This document shows, in pieces, positions 48,890 to 58,921 of a stretch of 64,000 bases of DNA. The position numbers and the translations under genes are program-made. The notes beneath the pieces were generated by a model. The model was not told the DNA's origin. It was given only the letters and a program-made list of their open reading frames with translations, and ran no database searches. The stretch covers positions 7,014 to 71,013 of the forward strand of contig JBFLXH010000005.1 in assembly GCA_040757295.1 (NCBI GenBank), given 5' to 3'. The DNA comes from Bacillota bacterium. Lineage in GTDB: Bacteria > Bacillota > PH28-bin88. Each line of letters opens with the position of its first letter. Positions within the stretch are counted from its first letter, which is position 1.

Positions 48890-49597
48890 TTAAATAGCTC
48901 CTTGATTGTCCCCTAACGCCACAAATCCGTCCGGTCCCTTTGCCAGCAAATCACGCCTGATTATCTTCAAGCCTTCTCCGATTAAAGGCAAACCGGTATA
49001 CTGCATCAAAGCCTTCACCACGTCTTCCGGCCTGACATTGCCCTGGGACCCTGCCTTTAGAGACATTTGGAGCTCGACCCATGAGCCTTTGAGTTCAGCC
49101 TGCAGGCAATAGACGCCGGGGCGCACATCCTGGGGTTTCGGGCCATGTTTCCCTTCCTTCATTACCACTGCTTCAGATAAAGCCGAAAAGGCGTCTAAGG
49201 CTTTTTTCAATTCTTCTTCTGATATTGGGCGGGACAACGGGGACCTGACCAGATAACTTGCCCCTTCTACCTGCGCCATTAATGGCGGGCCACCGTCAGG
49301 CAGGAGGGTTACGGAAATAACTCGCAGCCCTGCAGGCAAAGCCTTGGATAAGGCTTCCGTCATTGCCCCCAGGTCCTTTCCGGCCTCCACCATAATTTCA
49401 AGGTATTCCCGGAGGCCTTCACTACCCACCGCCAGCGGCAAAGCAAAAGACATCCTGGGATGGGGATTAAAGCCTTCGGAATAGGCAACCGGAACAGCCG
49501 CCCGCCGTAAGGCCCGCTCCCAGGTCTTCATTAATTCTAAATGAGAGATAAAACGGGCTAATCCCTCTTTAGCGAATTCTATTTTGAGACGGGGCAT
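48890..49597 (-). CDS. Radical-SAM-associated protein (DUF2344 / TIGR03936-like)
   Basis: 235 aa immediately downstream of, and overlapping, a large radical SAM gene. GGGGGG 7 nt before the ATG. Confidence 0.65.
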   Translation of the reverse strand: MPRLKIEFAKEGLARFISHLELMKTWERALRRAAVPVAYSEGFNPHPRMSFALPLAVGSEGLREYLEIMVEAGKDLGAMTEALSKALPAGLRVISVTLLPDGGPPLMAQVEGASYLVRSPLSRPISEEELKKALDAFSALSEAVVMKEGKHGPKPQDVRPGVYCLQAELKGSWVELQMSLKAGSQGNVRPEDVVKALMQYTGLPLIGEGLKIIRRDLLAKGPDGFVALGDNQGAI

Positions 49598-51470
49598 CCC
49601 CGGTCCCCCCTTTTAACAAGACGTCAACATTCAATCCAAAACAAACCCCGCATCCAGGACATTTTTCCCAGCGGCAGTCTCCGGTGGGAGCTAATTCCGT
49701 TGCGGCCTGATACTCCTTAATCAAATATTCTTTGCTCACCCCGGAATCGATGTGGTCCCAGGGCAAAACCTCTTCTAAAGGGATCTGCCGGTGGGTATAA
49801 TAAAGAGGATCGATGCCCGCTTCTGCAAAAGCCTCCATCCAAGATTGGAATTTAAAATGTTCCTGCCAACTGTCAAATTTGCACCCTTTGCCCCAAGCCG
49901 CCTCCAGCACTCGGCCCAGCCGCCGGTCCCCCCTGGCAAAAACCCCTTCCAGAAAACTGATTTCACTTTGATGCCAGTTAAAATTGAGCCCCCGATCCTT
50001 TAACTTGGACTTCAGGTAGTACTGTTTTCGCTTCAATTCAGCAATGGAGTCTTGGGCTACCCACTGAAAAGGGGTATGGGCCTTGGGGACAAAAGAGGAA
50101 ACGCTGATGGTAACCGAGGGGTTCTTCCCTTGATTTGTTTCCCTTTTAACCCTGCGTCCAATGGCCAACACCCGGTGAGCCAAAGAAATAATTCCATCCA
50201 GGTCTTCGTTTCGCTCCATTGGCAAACCAATCATAAAATAAAGCTTTATTGAATGCCATCCTGCTCTAAAAGCCTTCTCGGCAGCGTTAAAGAGATCTTC
50301 CTCCGTGACCCCTTTATTGATGATATCCCTTAACCGCTGGGTACCAGCTTCCGGTGCAAAGGTTAACCCAGACCGCCGGACTCTTTGGATTTCTTGGGCC
50401 AAGTCAACAGAAAAGGAATCAACCCTTAGAGAAGGAAGGGATATCCCTACCCGGTGCTCCTGGAACAGATCTAACAGCTTCGTTGCCAAGGGCTGTACAC
50501 AAGAATAGTCAGCCGTACTCAATGAGGTAAGGGATATTTCTTCATGGCCGGTGGCCCGGTAAATCTGCATGGCCTGGTTTAATAGCACTTCCTGGCTGCG
50601 CTCTCTAACAGGTCTGTAGATAGCGCCAGCTTGACAAAAGCGGCAGCCCCGAGTACAGCCGCGCAACACCTCCAACATAATCCGGTCATGAACCACTTCA
50701 ACGGCAGGAACAATCGGCTGCAGGGGAAAGTAAGCTTCATCAAGGTCCCTGATCACCCTTTTTGCCACCCGGTGCGGAAGACCTTCCAAGAGCGGCACGG
50801 TCTTTTGCAGGCGGCCATCAGGGGAATAAACCGGCTGGTACAAGGAAGGCGCATAAACACCACTTATCTGAGCCATTTGAAACACAACCTGCTCCCGGTC
50901 CGCTCCCTCCTGTTTTAATACCTGCAATTTGGATAAAAGTTCGGGCAAGCTTTCTTCGCTGTCACCTACCAAAAATAAATCGATAAAATCTGCCAGGGGT
51001 TCTGGATTAAAGGCGCCGGGACCGCCGGCAATCACAAGTGGGTCTCCCGCTCCCCGTTTGCCACCATGCAGCGGAATCCCCGCCAGATCCAATATATTCA
51101 GGATATTAGTAAAACTCATCTCGTACTGCAAAGTAAACCCGATCACATCAAAATCTTTTAACGGGCGATACGACTCCAGGCTGAATAGGGGTATTCCCTT
51201 CGCCCGCAATAGCTCCTCCATATCCACTCCAGGCGCGAACACTCTTTCCATCAGGAAATGGGGGTGCTGGTTTACCAGACCATATAGGATCTGCAGGCCT
51301 AAGTGGGACATGCCTATTTCATACACATCAGGAAAGGCGAAAACCATGCGGACTGCAGTCTCATCCCAGGATTTCCGGATGGAATTCCATTCGTTGCCTA
51401 AATAACGGCCCGGCTTTTTAACAAAAGGGAGCACCTCATTTTCTACCAAAAAACGCACATCAGCGGACAT
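49569..51470 (-). CDS. Radical SAM protein with N-terminal B12-binding-like domain (TIGR03960-like)
   Basis: 633 aa with a CxxxCxxC motif (VLRGCTRGCRFCQAG). AGGAGG 6 nt before the ATG. Confidence 0.75.
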   Translation of the reverse strand: MSADVRFLVENEVLPFVKKPGRYLGNEWNSIRKSWDETAVRMVFAFPDVYEIGMSHLGLQILYGLVNQHPHFLMERVFAPGVDMEELLRAKGIPLFSLESYRPLKDFDVIGFTLQYEMSFTNILNILDLAGIPLHGGKRGAGDPLVIAGGPGAFNPEPLADFIDLFLVGDSEESLPELLSKLQVLKQEGADREQVVFQMAQISGVYAPSLYQPVYSPDGRLQKTVPLLEGLPHRVAKRVIRDLDEAYFPLQPIVPAVEVVHDRIMLEVLRGCTRGCRFCQAGAIYRPVRERSQEVLLNQAMQIYRATGHEEISLTSLSTADYSCVQPLATKLLDLFQEHRVGISLPSLRVDSFSVDLAQEIQRVRRSGLTFAPEAGTQRLRDIINKGVTEEDLFNAAEKAFRAGWHSIKLYFMIGLPMERNEDLDGIISLAHRVLAIGRRVKRETNQGKNPSVTISVSSFVPKAHTPFQWVAQDSIAELKRKQYYLKSKLKDRGLNFNWHQSEISFLEGVFARGDRRLGRVLEAAWGKGCKFDSWQEHFKFQSWMEAFAEAGIDPLYYTHRQIPLEEVLPWDHIDSGVSKEYLIKEYQAATELAPTGDCRWEKCPGCGVCFGLNVDVLLKGGTGDAPSQNRIR

Positions 51471-51634
51471 ACAGGGCCTCCTTTATCCAACATACTATCA
51501 AATTGCATCTAAATTAAGACTACTCACCGACGGATGTCTTGGAAACTAAATCTCTCCTGACTATTTTACCCCGATAACAAGGTAATCTGTGTACTTTTCC
51601 ATGAATAATCAATAATTCCTTCCATGAGAAAAAA

Positions 51635-51660
51635 TTTGGGGCAGTTAGCCCGCCCCTTTA
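51635..51660 (-). terminator. Intrinsic terminator after the M23-domain gene
   Basis: GGGGCGGGCUAACUGCCCC + AAAUUUUUUCUC on the minus strand. Confidence 0.5.
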
Positions 51661-51711
51661 GCTTTTTTTAACGTTTTTACATCAATGGCAATAAAGTCAA
51701 AAGACCTTATT

Positions 51712-52470
51712 TTAAATATTGCCCGGATTAGGACGGAAATAGTCTACCGGGTTGACTGGGGTCCCATTAACCCGGACCTCAAAATGAATTGAACCGGTTC
51801 GATTATTAATGCTCCCAGCCTTGCCGATTATTTCATCCCGCTTAACCTGTTGGCCCCGGCTGACCAAAACCTCTGACAAACCCGCATAGACAGTGGAAAG
51901 ACCAGTAGCGTGTTCCAATTCTACCATCCTGCCGAGAGCTGGGCTTTGCCCGATAGTAATTACCTTGCCTGGCAGGGAAGCGCGAACAGGCGCCCCTGGG
52001 TCGGTGGCAATTACTATGCCTGGGTATAAACGACGCTGCCCGTCAACAGCGGAAGTTTCCCAGCCAAACTCTCTTGAGAAACGCCCAGACACCGGGATGC
52101 TCATGGCCGGCAGGCTTTTAATCACTGGTTTTTCCGGAGCGGTCAGATTAAAAACCTGGCGCTCATAGCTGTCCATCCACAGGCCTTTTTCCAAGGCGGT
52201 TTTTAGAACAGGCGTCCAATCGCTCCGGCTGTCAGCAAGATAGTACCGAACTCTGTTTTGCATCTCAGATGCTATTGGGCTGTCAAAGAAGAAAATACTC
52301 GTTATCAAGAGCAACAGGGCCATGCTGACAATGGCCTGGCCCAGCCACCCGCTGGTTTTTGCGGCTCCACCAGGTTGACTCCAGTTGGATTTAGGTCCGA
52401 ATACCTCTCCCAAAGGTACTCCCTTAATCTCCCGCCATTCTCGGATATTATCGTCATACTTATGTTTCAA
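51712..52470 (-). CDS. Membrane-anchored protein with a degenerate M23/LytM peptidase domain (SpoIVFA/SpoIIQ-like)
   Basis: C-terminal LytM fold (GIVIATDPGAPVRASLPGKV ... IHFEVRVNGTPVNPVDYF) lacks the HxxxD/HxH metal ligands. It has a single TM. The start is proposed at the TTG 52468-52470, 6 nt after AGGGAGGAG; the ORF-track start at 52707 has no RBS. Confidence 0.55.
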   Translation of the reverse strand: MKHKYDDNIREWREIKGVPLGEVFGPKSNWSQPGGAAKTSGWLGQAIVSMALLLLITSIFFFDSPIASEMQNRVRYYLADSRSDWTPVLKTALEKGLWMDSYERQVFNLTAPEKPVIKSLPAMSIPVSGRFSREFGWETSAVDGQRRLYPGIVIATDPGAPVRASLPGKVITIGQSPALGRMVELEHATGLSTVYAGLSEVLVSRGQQVKRDEIIGKAGSINNRTGSIHFEVRVNGTPVNPVDYFRPNPGNI

Positions 52471-52754
52471 GGCCCACTCCTCCCTCGGACATGCCAAAAA
52501 CCTATTACTATCATATGGTCGGAGTGGAAAAATATGACTAATTATTCTTTCTAGCTCCGCCAGTGCCACTGGAGTTAAGGTCATCTTCCAAAATAACCAG
52601 GACTGGATGGGTGCCGTAGGGGAAGCCCAGTTGGAAGTTGCCAGCAGCTGCCGGGTAACCGGAGGTATTCCCAAGATAACAATACTTAACCCGCGGTTTA
52701 ACCTCACCAGAACTCATGAAAAGATTCTCTTCTTCCCTGACCCCTGTCCGACTA

Positions 52755-53780
52755 TCATAATCCACGGCATGTGCACCCCCGTTCATACAGTTTCTGCCAG
52801 CTTTGATCCAGCATATTAACCATTACTTTCGGGTTGCCTTCTGCATTGGAGCCGGTTTTGGTGATCCTGCCGGAAAAAATGAAGCCATCGGTCCGGTCTT
52901 CACTTTCAATAATTCCGCCAATAACCTTGAAATTAACCTCCCGTTCGTGGTCAGGCAACATAGCTTCAGGGTTAAAGGCTTCTTGCAGGCGCAAGCAGCG
53001 TTCATACTCCTCAAACAGTTGCCAGACACATTTTTCCACCAAGGGAGGCGGAACAGAAACTGGCAACTGGATATTTTGCTTTGCTTCCCTCCGAGAGATC
53101 ATGTAATTATGAGCATAAAGCTTTTCCGTTAAATTATCGATAATCTCTTGGATTACTGTTTCCGGCAGGGAAAAACTGCGTTGGGTCAGGAGCTTGCGCG
53201 CCAAGGATCGGATTAAGGCATGATTGCGGTGTACATTTCCTAATGCTAAAGGGTGCACCCTGTCTGACAGCAGGCGAAAAATTGATAATATCTGGTTCTC
53301 GCTGTTCAAGCCTCCTTTTTCCCTGGCTAAGGCCAAGTAGGAAGACACATCTTCCACGCTCACCGGAATCCTGGCAATGGGGTTATTAGGGTCCTGTGGA
53401 TTAAAGGCATTAGCTACGCTTGGGTCAATTGGGCCCAACTCTCCCATCCGCCCCATTACCAACTCATCAGCGCCTAAACAAATGAGGGTACCGGCGCTGT
53501 AAGCCCGGTAAGGAATTATCACCCCGAAAAAAGGAGTGTATTCCCGAATCAGATTTACCAAACGCCAAGGAGTTAATACATCTCCTCCACGGGTATACAG
53601 AAGCAGATGAACCTTAGGTTGAGGCCCCATTATTTCCAGGTGATGAAAAAATACTCTGATAATATCAGGAGCTACCCGGGTATTGACATTTTCCCGATCT
53701 CCGGTCAGGTAGCATATGATGCGGGAACCTAAATAATCCTCTAATTCCTTGATCAGGGTTATTCTCTGTTGCCGTTCCAT
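52755..53780 (-). CDS. SDH-family (ClpP/crotonase-fold) serine protease
   Basis: TGDRENVNT ... LYTRGGDV ... YRAYSAGTLICLGADELVMG matches the SDH_sah-type serine-dehydrogenase proteinase pattern. Confidence 0.55.
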   Translation of the reverse strand: MERQQRITLIKELEDYLGSRIICYLTGDRENVNTRVAPDIIRVFFHHLEIMGPQPKVHLLLYTRGGDVLTPWRLVNLIREYTPFFGVIIPYRAYSAGTLICLGADELVMGRMGELGPIDPSVANAFNPQDPNNPIARIPVSVEDVSSYLALAREKGGLNSENQILSIFRLLSDRVHPLALGNVHRNHALIRSLARKLLTQRSFSLPETVIQEIIDNLTEKLYAHNYMISRREAKQNIQLPVSVPPPLVEKCVWQLFEEYERCLRLQEAFNPEAMLPDHEREVNFKVIGGIIESEDRTDGFIFSGRITKTGSNAEGNPKVMVNMLDQSWQKLYERGCTCRGL

Positions 53781-53848
53781 TTTTTCACCCCGCCAGGTAA
53801 TTTGCGGTATTATTATTTCCTCCCATCACCTAGCTATGCTACTGGAAT

Positions 53849-54985
53849 CTAGAAAACAATCTTTTGCCGTCTTAAATTGATGTTCAGGACCAACCCTAAG
53901 GCCAACATATTTGCCAGCATGCTGCTGCCCCCAGAGCTAAAAAGAGGCAATGGCAGTCCTGTAATCGGCATTAAACCAATGGTCATCCCCACGTTTTCCA
54001 CAATATGAAAAAAAATCATAGACGTCACGCCGGTAACTAACAGGGCTCCAAAAAGGTCCTTTGCTTCAAAAGCGATCCGGATGCACCGGTAAATTAAAAC
54101 AAAGTACAAGATCAGGAGAGAAGCGGCTCCAATAAAGCCAAGCTCTTCTCCTACCACAGAAAAAATAAAGTCGGTGTGGTGCTCCGGCAGAAAGTTTAAC
54201 TGTACCTGGGAACCCTTGGTCAGGCCTTGGCCCCATAAACCCCCGGAACCAATAGCCACCTGGGACTGGATAATATTATAACCGGCGCCCCGCCCGCCAT
54301 AACCATCGTTATAAGGATTAAGAAAAACGACCAAACGCATTAATTGATAACCTTCCAGCGGCACGGGCAGACCGAAACGGAAATGTCCTACCAGCACGCC
54401 TATACATGCAAGCAAGCCAAAAAGGATAATACCGGTCAGAAGCCTGGGATTAGCTCCGCCAATGAACAACATCCCAAAAAGAATGGCCACAAAAACCAAG
54501 GAAGTTCCGAGATCGGGCTGAGCCATAATTAAAAGCATTGGCGGGATGAAAAAGGCAAAACAGGGAATAAGATCCCACAAACGATCCAGCTTTCCCTGTC
54601 TTTTAACCAGGAATTGAGCAAAGGAAATAATTATAAATACCTTGGCAAATTCGGAAGGCTGAATCTTTAACGGCCCATACCCCAGCCACCTTGTGGCGCC
54701 CTTGGCGTCATCACCCAGCACTAAGACTGCCAGCAGCATCAAGAGGTTAAGAGCGTAAATATGCCAGCCCATCCTGGTCAGATGGCTGTAGTTTATTGTT
54801 AAAACCGCTATAAGGGCTGCAAAACCCACGCCAATCCACATCAGGTGTTTACGAAAATAATAGGTGGGATCCCCAGGGATGACACTGGCAGAAGCGCTGT
54901 AAAGCACCACTGCGCTCATGGACAGTATCGCCAGAAGGGATAAAATTAGGGTATAGTCAATATTCTGCAAGAGTCTCCGATCCAT
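53849..54985 (-). CDS. SEDS-family peptidoglycan glycosyltransferase (RodA/FtsW/SpoVE)
   Basis: 378 aa, 10-TM SEDS profile. GGAGGAGGG 5 nt before the ATG. Confidence 0.8.
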   Translation of the reverse strand: MDRRLLQNIDYTLILSLLAILSMSAVVLYSASASVIPGDPTYYFRKHLMWIGVGFAALIAVLTINYSHLTRMGWHIYALNLLMLLAVLVLGDDAKGATRWLGYGPLKIQPSEFAKVFIIISFAQFLVKRQGKLDRLWDLIPCFAFFIPPMLLIMAQPDLGTSLVFVAILFGMLFIGGANPRLLTGIILFGLLACIGVLVGHFRFGLPVPLEGYQLMRLVVFLNPYNDGYGGRGAGYNIIQSQVAIGSGGLWGQGLTKGSQVQLNFLPEHHTDFIFSVVGEELGFIGAASLLILYFVLIYRCIRIAFEAKDLFGALLVTGVTSMIFFHIVENVGMTIGLMPITGLPLPLFSSGGSSMLANMLALGLVLNINLRRQKIVF

Positions 54986-55024
54986 TTTATCCCTCCTCCA
55001 ATTTATCTTATAATGAGCAAGGCC

Positions 55025-55125
55025 ACTAATTATTCATTGATTTGCCGTGGCCTCAAAGCGAATTTCATACTCGGCTTCATTATGATAATGCAATTTTATC
55101 CCTTGCCGAGTATATCATAATTATT
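55025..55125. repeat. Inverted copy of the 63-bp hairpin repeat seen at 39206-39373
   Basis: The reverse complement reads AATGAAGCCGAGTATGAAATTCGCTTTGAGGCCAC ... AATAATTAGTGGCCTT. Confidence 0.45.
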
Positions 55126-55259
55126 ATAGATCACTCCTCCCCAGCTTAGCTACTGACAAAATTACGGCAGGATCAAGCTTTGGTTAAAACAAAACGTTCA
55201 CTGAAGTAACACTTTCAAAAAAAAGAGGGGCCCGAAGGCCCCCGGCGTAGAAAGAAAGA

Positions 55260-56687
55260 TTACCTGCCGTAAGTGCTCTTTTCGTGATCTACCACTATTC
55301 CCCGCAGGATTCCGTCTGCTGCATTGCCGTAGGCAGCTTTCGCCCAGACATAGAAGATCAATCCCAGTAAGGACCAGCCCAAGACCATAGCCCATTCATA
55401 GGGCCACACCAAGGCAGCAGGAGAAACCCCCGGCAGGTACAGCAGCACAAAAAAGCCGCTTAAAACTACTGCAATAGTGCCTACCAGTTTTCCTTGAGGA
55501 ACTAAGAAAGGCCTGGGCATTTGGGGTTCTTTAGACCGCAAGGCTAAAAATGAAGCAGCTACCAGGACCCAAGCAACTACTACCGCAAAGCCGCCTGCGT
55601 CCACCAGCCAAACCAGCATTTTCCTGCCCAGCAAAGGGGCAAGGGTAGACAGGATGCCAATCAGAATAATGGCATTATGGGGGGTTTTATATTTTGGGTG
55701 CAGCGCGCCCAGAAATTCAGGCAGCATTTTGGCCCGGGCCATAGCGTAAAGCGCCCGGCTACCGCCGATGTAAAAGGCGTTCCAGCTGGTCATAATCCCG
55801 CAAATGCCACCCAGGATCAGCAGTTTAGCCGCTACCGGGCTTTTGAACACGGCAGCCATGGCGTCGGCTGTAGCCAGGGAAGCAAAATTCCTGGCCTCAA
55901 AGGGCAAGGCCCGGCTGACACCGAAAATAATAAACATGTACCACGCTACCGCCATTAAAACAGACGCCAATAGGATTAAGCCAATGCTGCGATAAGGAAT
56001 GTTTATTTCTTCCGCCGCCTGGGGAATGACATCAAAACCCACAAACATGAAGGGAGTCATGACCATAACAGCAACGATGCCCTTCCACCCATCCACAAAG
56101 AAGGGCTGCATGGCCTCTGTGCTGCCGGTAAAAAGGCTGCCGGTGATAAACATGACACCAATGATGGCCAGCCCAGCGGTGAGAGTAGCCTGGAAAACCG
56201 CCGCCGGCCTGATGCCAAGGTAATTAACCACCGCAACCAGCACGGATCCCAGCATTCCGACCAGAACCCAAGTAGCATAGACATCCCAACCGGCTATAGT
56301 CCATAAGTAGCCCACTTTATAACCCGGAACAATATACTCCACAACGGTTGGCAGAGCAACCGCCTCGAAGGCCACAACAGATATATATCCAAGGATTATT
56401 GCCCAAGTACAAATAAACGAGGCTCCTACACCCAACCCTCGCCAACTAAAAAACAGTTCGCCGCCGGCTTTAGGAATTGCTGTTGTTAACTCCGCATAGG
56501 CGAGGCCTATAAAAATAACCATAATACCGCCTAATAAAAAGGCCAACATCCCGCCAAGAGATCCTCCGGTATTAGCCCATTCCCCTGCCAGGACTACCCA
56601 GCCCCAACCGATCATTGCGCCAAAGGCGAGCACCAGCACATCCCACCGGCCCAACACCCTCACCAGGCTATTGTTTTCACTTGACAA
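55260..56687 (-). CDS. APC-family amino acid/polyamine permease
   Basis: 475 aa, 12 TM, APC signature region. TTG start 7 nt after AGGAGGG. Confidence 0.85.
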   Translation of the reverse strand: MSSENNSLVRVLGRWDVLVLAFGAMIGWGWVVLAGEWANTGGSLGGMLAFLLGGIMVIFIGLAYAELTTAIPKAGGELFFSWRGLGVGASFICTWAIILGYISVVAFEAVALPTVVEYIVPGYKVGYLWTIAGWDVYATWVLVGMLGSVLVAVVNYLGIRPAAVFQATLTAGLAIIGVMFITGSLFTGSTEAMQPFFVDGWKGIVAVMVMTPFMFVGFDVIPQAAEEINIPYRSIGLILLASVLMAVAWYMFIIFGVSRALPFEARNFASLATADAMAAVFKSPVAAKLLILGGICGIMTSWNAFYIGGSRALYAMARAKMLPEFLGALHPKYKTPHNAIILIGILSTLAPLLGRKMLVWLVDAGGFAVVVAWVLVAASFLALRSKEPQMPRPFLVPQGKLVGTIAVVLSGFFVLLYLPGVSPAALVWPYEWAMVLGWSLLGLIFYVWAKAAYGNAADGILRGIVVDHEKSTYGR

Positions 56688-56810
56688 CTATTTTCCCTCC
56701 TTTTTTTCTCTTTGCTACCATCCCAAATTATTTGGAAAACTACTCCTTTGCTTGCATACCACCCCCAAACCGCTTTTTGAATGGCAACTGCTGTTGTAAC
56801 AAACCTTAAG

Positions 56811-56828
56811 ATGCAAAATTGATGCCAA
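56811..56828 (-). promoter_or_regulatory. Candidate sigma-54 (-24/-12) promoter TTGGCAT-N5-TTGCAT upstream of the permease
   Basis: GG and GC elements are spaced 10 nt apart as in TGGCAC-N5-TTGCW. One mismatch (T for C) in the -24 box. Confidence 0.45.
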
Positions 56829-57005
56829 TACAGAAAATTTTTTATTCTCTGTATTTACTTAATTGGCTAAAATTATTAAATTCTTAATGCCTGAATAACA
56901 TGAATAATGCAAAATAACCTCAAACTTTCCAGCTCTTTTGGGACACCCCTATTGAATAATGAGCCGTAAAAAATGCAAAAATACCGACTTAAATGCGTAT
57001 TTGCA

Positions 57006-57051
57006 TTTATTTTTTGGAAAAAGGCGGCCTTGAACCCCAGGGCTCAAGGCC
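57006..57051 (-). terminator. Intrinsic terminator after the aldehyde:ferredoxin oxidoreductase gene
   Basis: GGCCUUGAGCCCUGGGGUUCAAGGCC followed by GCCUUUUUUCC on the minus strand. Confidence 0.6.
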
Positions 57052-57080
57052 AAATTTATTGCAAGAGGATGGTAGATTGC

Positions 57081-58838
57081 TTAGTTCGCCACGGGAATCC
57101 CTTCAGGGGTCCAACCCCGTAACCGGTAATAATCAGCCAGCATCAAATCGAATTCGGCTTCAGTCAGGTGACTGCGATCAGGCGCTATTGATTGGCGGAA
57201 CAGGCGGGCAGGCAACCGGTCGTCAAGAGCGCTAAGTCCTTGATCAAGGTTAAACTGCCGGGACATGGCTACAATCCGGTTGGCAACCTGACGCAGTTCA
57301 TCGGGGGTAAACTCCCACCCACAGGTAGCCCTTATTAGGGAAACTAAAGATTCCCAGGGGATCAGGTCCCGGAAAAATACGCAGAGGATCATGGTATTAA
57401 AGATGGTAAGGCGGTTTTCAAACTCGATAAACAGTTGGGCTTTCCCGTCAATCTGGGCCGGGTCGATGATTCCCGCCAGTTCAGGTTTATAGAAAGTTGC
57501 CCGCAGGTGGCAGGCACCCCTGGCTGAAGTGGCATAAGCTAACCCCATGCCTTTTAATAAGCGGGGATCATAACCGGCTGGCTCCATCCCTTTGACATGG
57601 ACAGCCAGGTCCTCAAGCCCCAGCTGGGCTGCTGCTGCCTTAATACCGCCTGAAAGAATGGCCCCTAAACCTTGCCTGCCTGAGATTTGCAATATAAGAT
57701 CAGCCGCTCCTTTGGCATCGCCGTATAAAGGCCCTTCAGTTAACCGGCCCTGCTCTCTCGCCTCCATCACCAGCCCGATTAGGTTGCCGCAGGTGATGGT
57801 ATCAACCCCCAACCGGTCACAGAGGTCATTTAATTTTAGGATTTCGTCCAGTCGATCAATTTCGCATAGGCCGCCGAAAGCGTAAATTGTTTCATACTCA
57901 GGCCCCTCTACCGTCAGGCCTTGATACTCCCCTTCTCTTACTTTCGTAAGTTTGCCGCAGGCCAGCATGCAGTGGGGGCAGGCCTTTGCCTTGACGTCAA
58001 AATTATTTAATAAGGCATCACCGTTAATTTTTTCCCAGTGATCGCTCCTGCCTTTGGACCAGTAGCGGGCAGGGAAAACTCCTGCTTTATTCAGAATAGA
58101 GACCATCACCGGAGTGCCATAGGTACGGTAATTTTTGGCCCCTGGGTCATCTTTGGCTTTTTCCCGCAGGCTCATGACCAATTCTTTTAGCAATTCCGGA
58201 TCGGCAAGCTGGCAGGCGGCCTGGCCATGGAAAACCACGGCCTTTAATTTTTTAGACCCCATTACAGCCCCCATGCCGGTACGGCCGGCAGAACGCCAGT
58301 AATTGTTCTCCAAACAGGCAAACCGCACCAGGTTTTCCCCGGCAGGGCCGATGACCAAAGCCTCGGCCCCCTCCTGTCCAACTTCTGCGATCACCGCATC
58401 TTCGGTAAAGTAAGTATCCTTTCCCCACAGGTGACCGGCATCATGGACCTTGACTTCTCTATCGCTGATTTCCAGATAAACTGGCTTGTCGCTTTTGCCT
58501 TCAATTACAATGGCATCATATCCGGTAGACTTCATGGCAGCAGCCACTCGACCGCCGGAAGAGGCCTCCCCAAAGCCGCCCGTTAAAGGGGATTTGCTGA
58601 AAACGCTGTAACGGCTGGCGCCAGGCATGATGGTCCCAGCGGCTGGACCAGTCACAAAAATCACGGGGTTCCCCGGACCCAGGGGATCCGTTCCAGGCGG
58701 CACCAGGCGGTTCAAGAGGTAGGTTGCTAACCCGCGGCCGCCCAGATATTTTTTTAACAACTCTTCCTCCAATACCTCAACAAAATGATCCCCGGTTATC
58801 AAGTTAATACGTAGCATTTTACCAAAAAAACCAAACAT
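57081..58838 (-). CDS. Tungsten-containing aldehyde:ferredoxin oxidoreductase (AOR family)
   Basis: MFGFFGKMLRINLITG ... AOR N-terminal domain and a full-length ~585-aa catalytic domain. ATG at 58836-58838 lies 6 nt after AGGAGGGG. The ORF-track start at 58922 is an upstream in-frame extension. Confidence 0.85.
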   Translation of the reverse strand: MFGFFGKMLRINLITGDHFVEVLEEELLKKYLGGRGLATYLLNRLVPPGTDPLGPGNPVIFVTGPAAGTIMPGASRYSVFSKSPLTGGFGEASSGGRVAAAMKSTGYDAIVIEGKSDKPVYLEISDREVKVHDAGHLWGKDTYFTEDAVIAEVGQEGAEALVIGPAGENLVRFACLENNYWRSAGRTGMGAVMGSKKLKAVVFHGQAACQLADPELLKELVMSLREKAKDDPGAKNYRTYGTPVMVSILNKAGVFPARYWSKGRSDHWEKINGDALLNNFDVKAKACPHCMLACGKLTKVREGEYQGLTVEGPEYETIYAFGGLCEIDRLDEILKLNDLCDRLGVDTITCGNLIGLVMEAREQGRLTEGPLYGDAKGAADLILQISGRQGLGAILSGGIKAAAAQLGLEDLAVHVKGMEPAGYDPRLLKGMGLAYATSARGACHLRATFYKPELAGIIDPAQIDGKAQLFIEFENRLTIFNTMILCVFFRDLIPWESLVSLIRATCGWEFTPDELRQVANRIVAMSRQFNLDQGLSALDDRLPARLFRQSIAPDRSHLTEAEFDLMLADYYRLRGWTPEGIPVAN

Positions 58839-58921
58839 CTTTTTCCCCTCCTCGAACTCTCCTCCAACCATCCTAAGCAAGCACAAACATGCTTTTTGGC
58901 CAAGGGGCGCCGCGGAACCCA

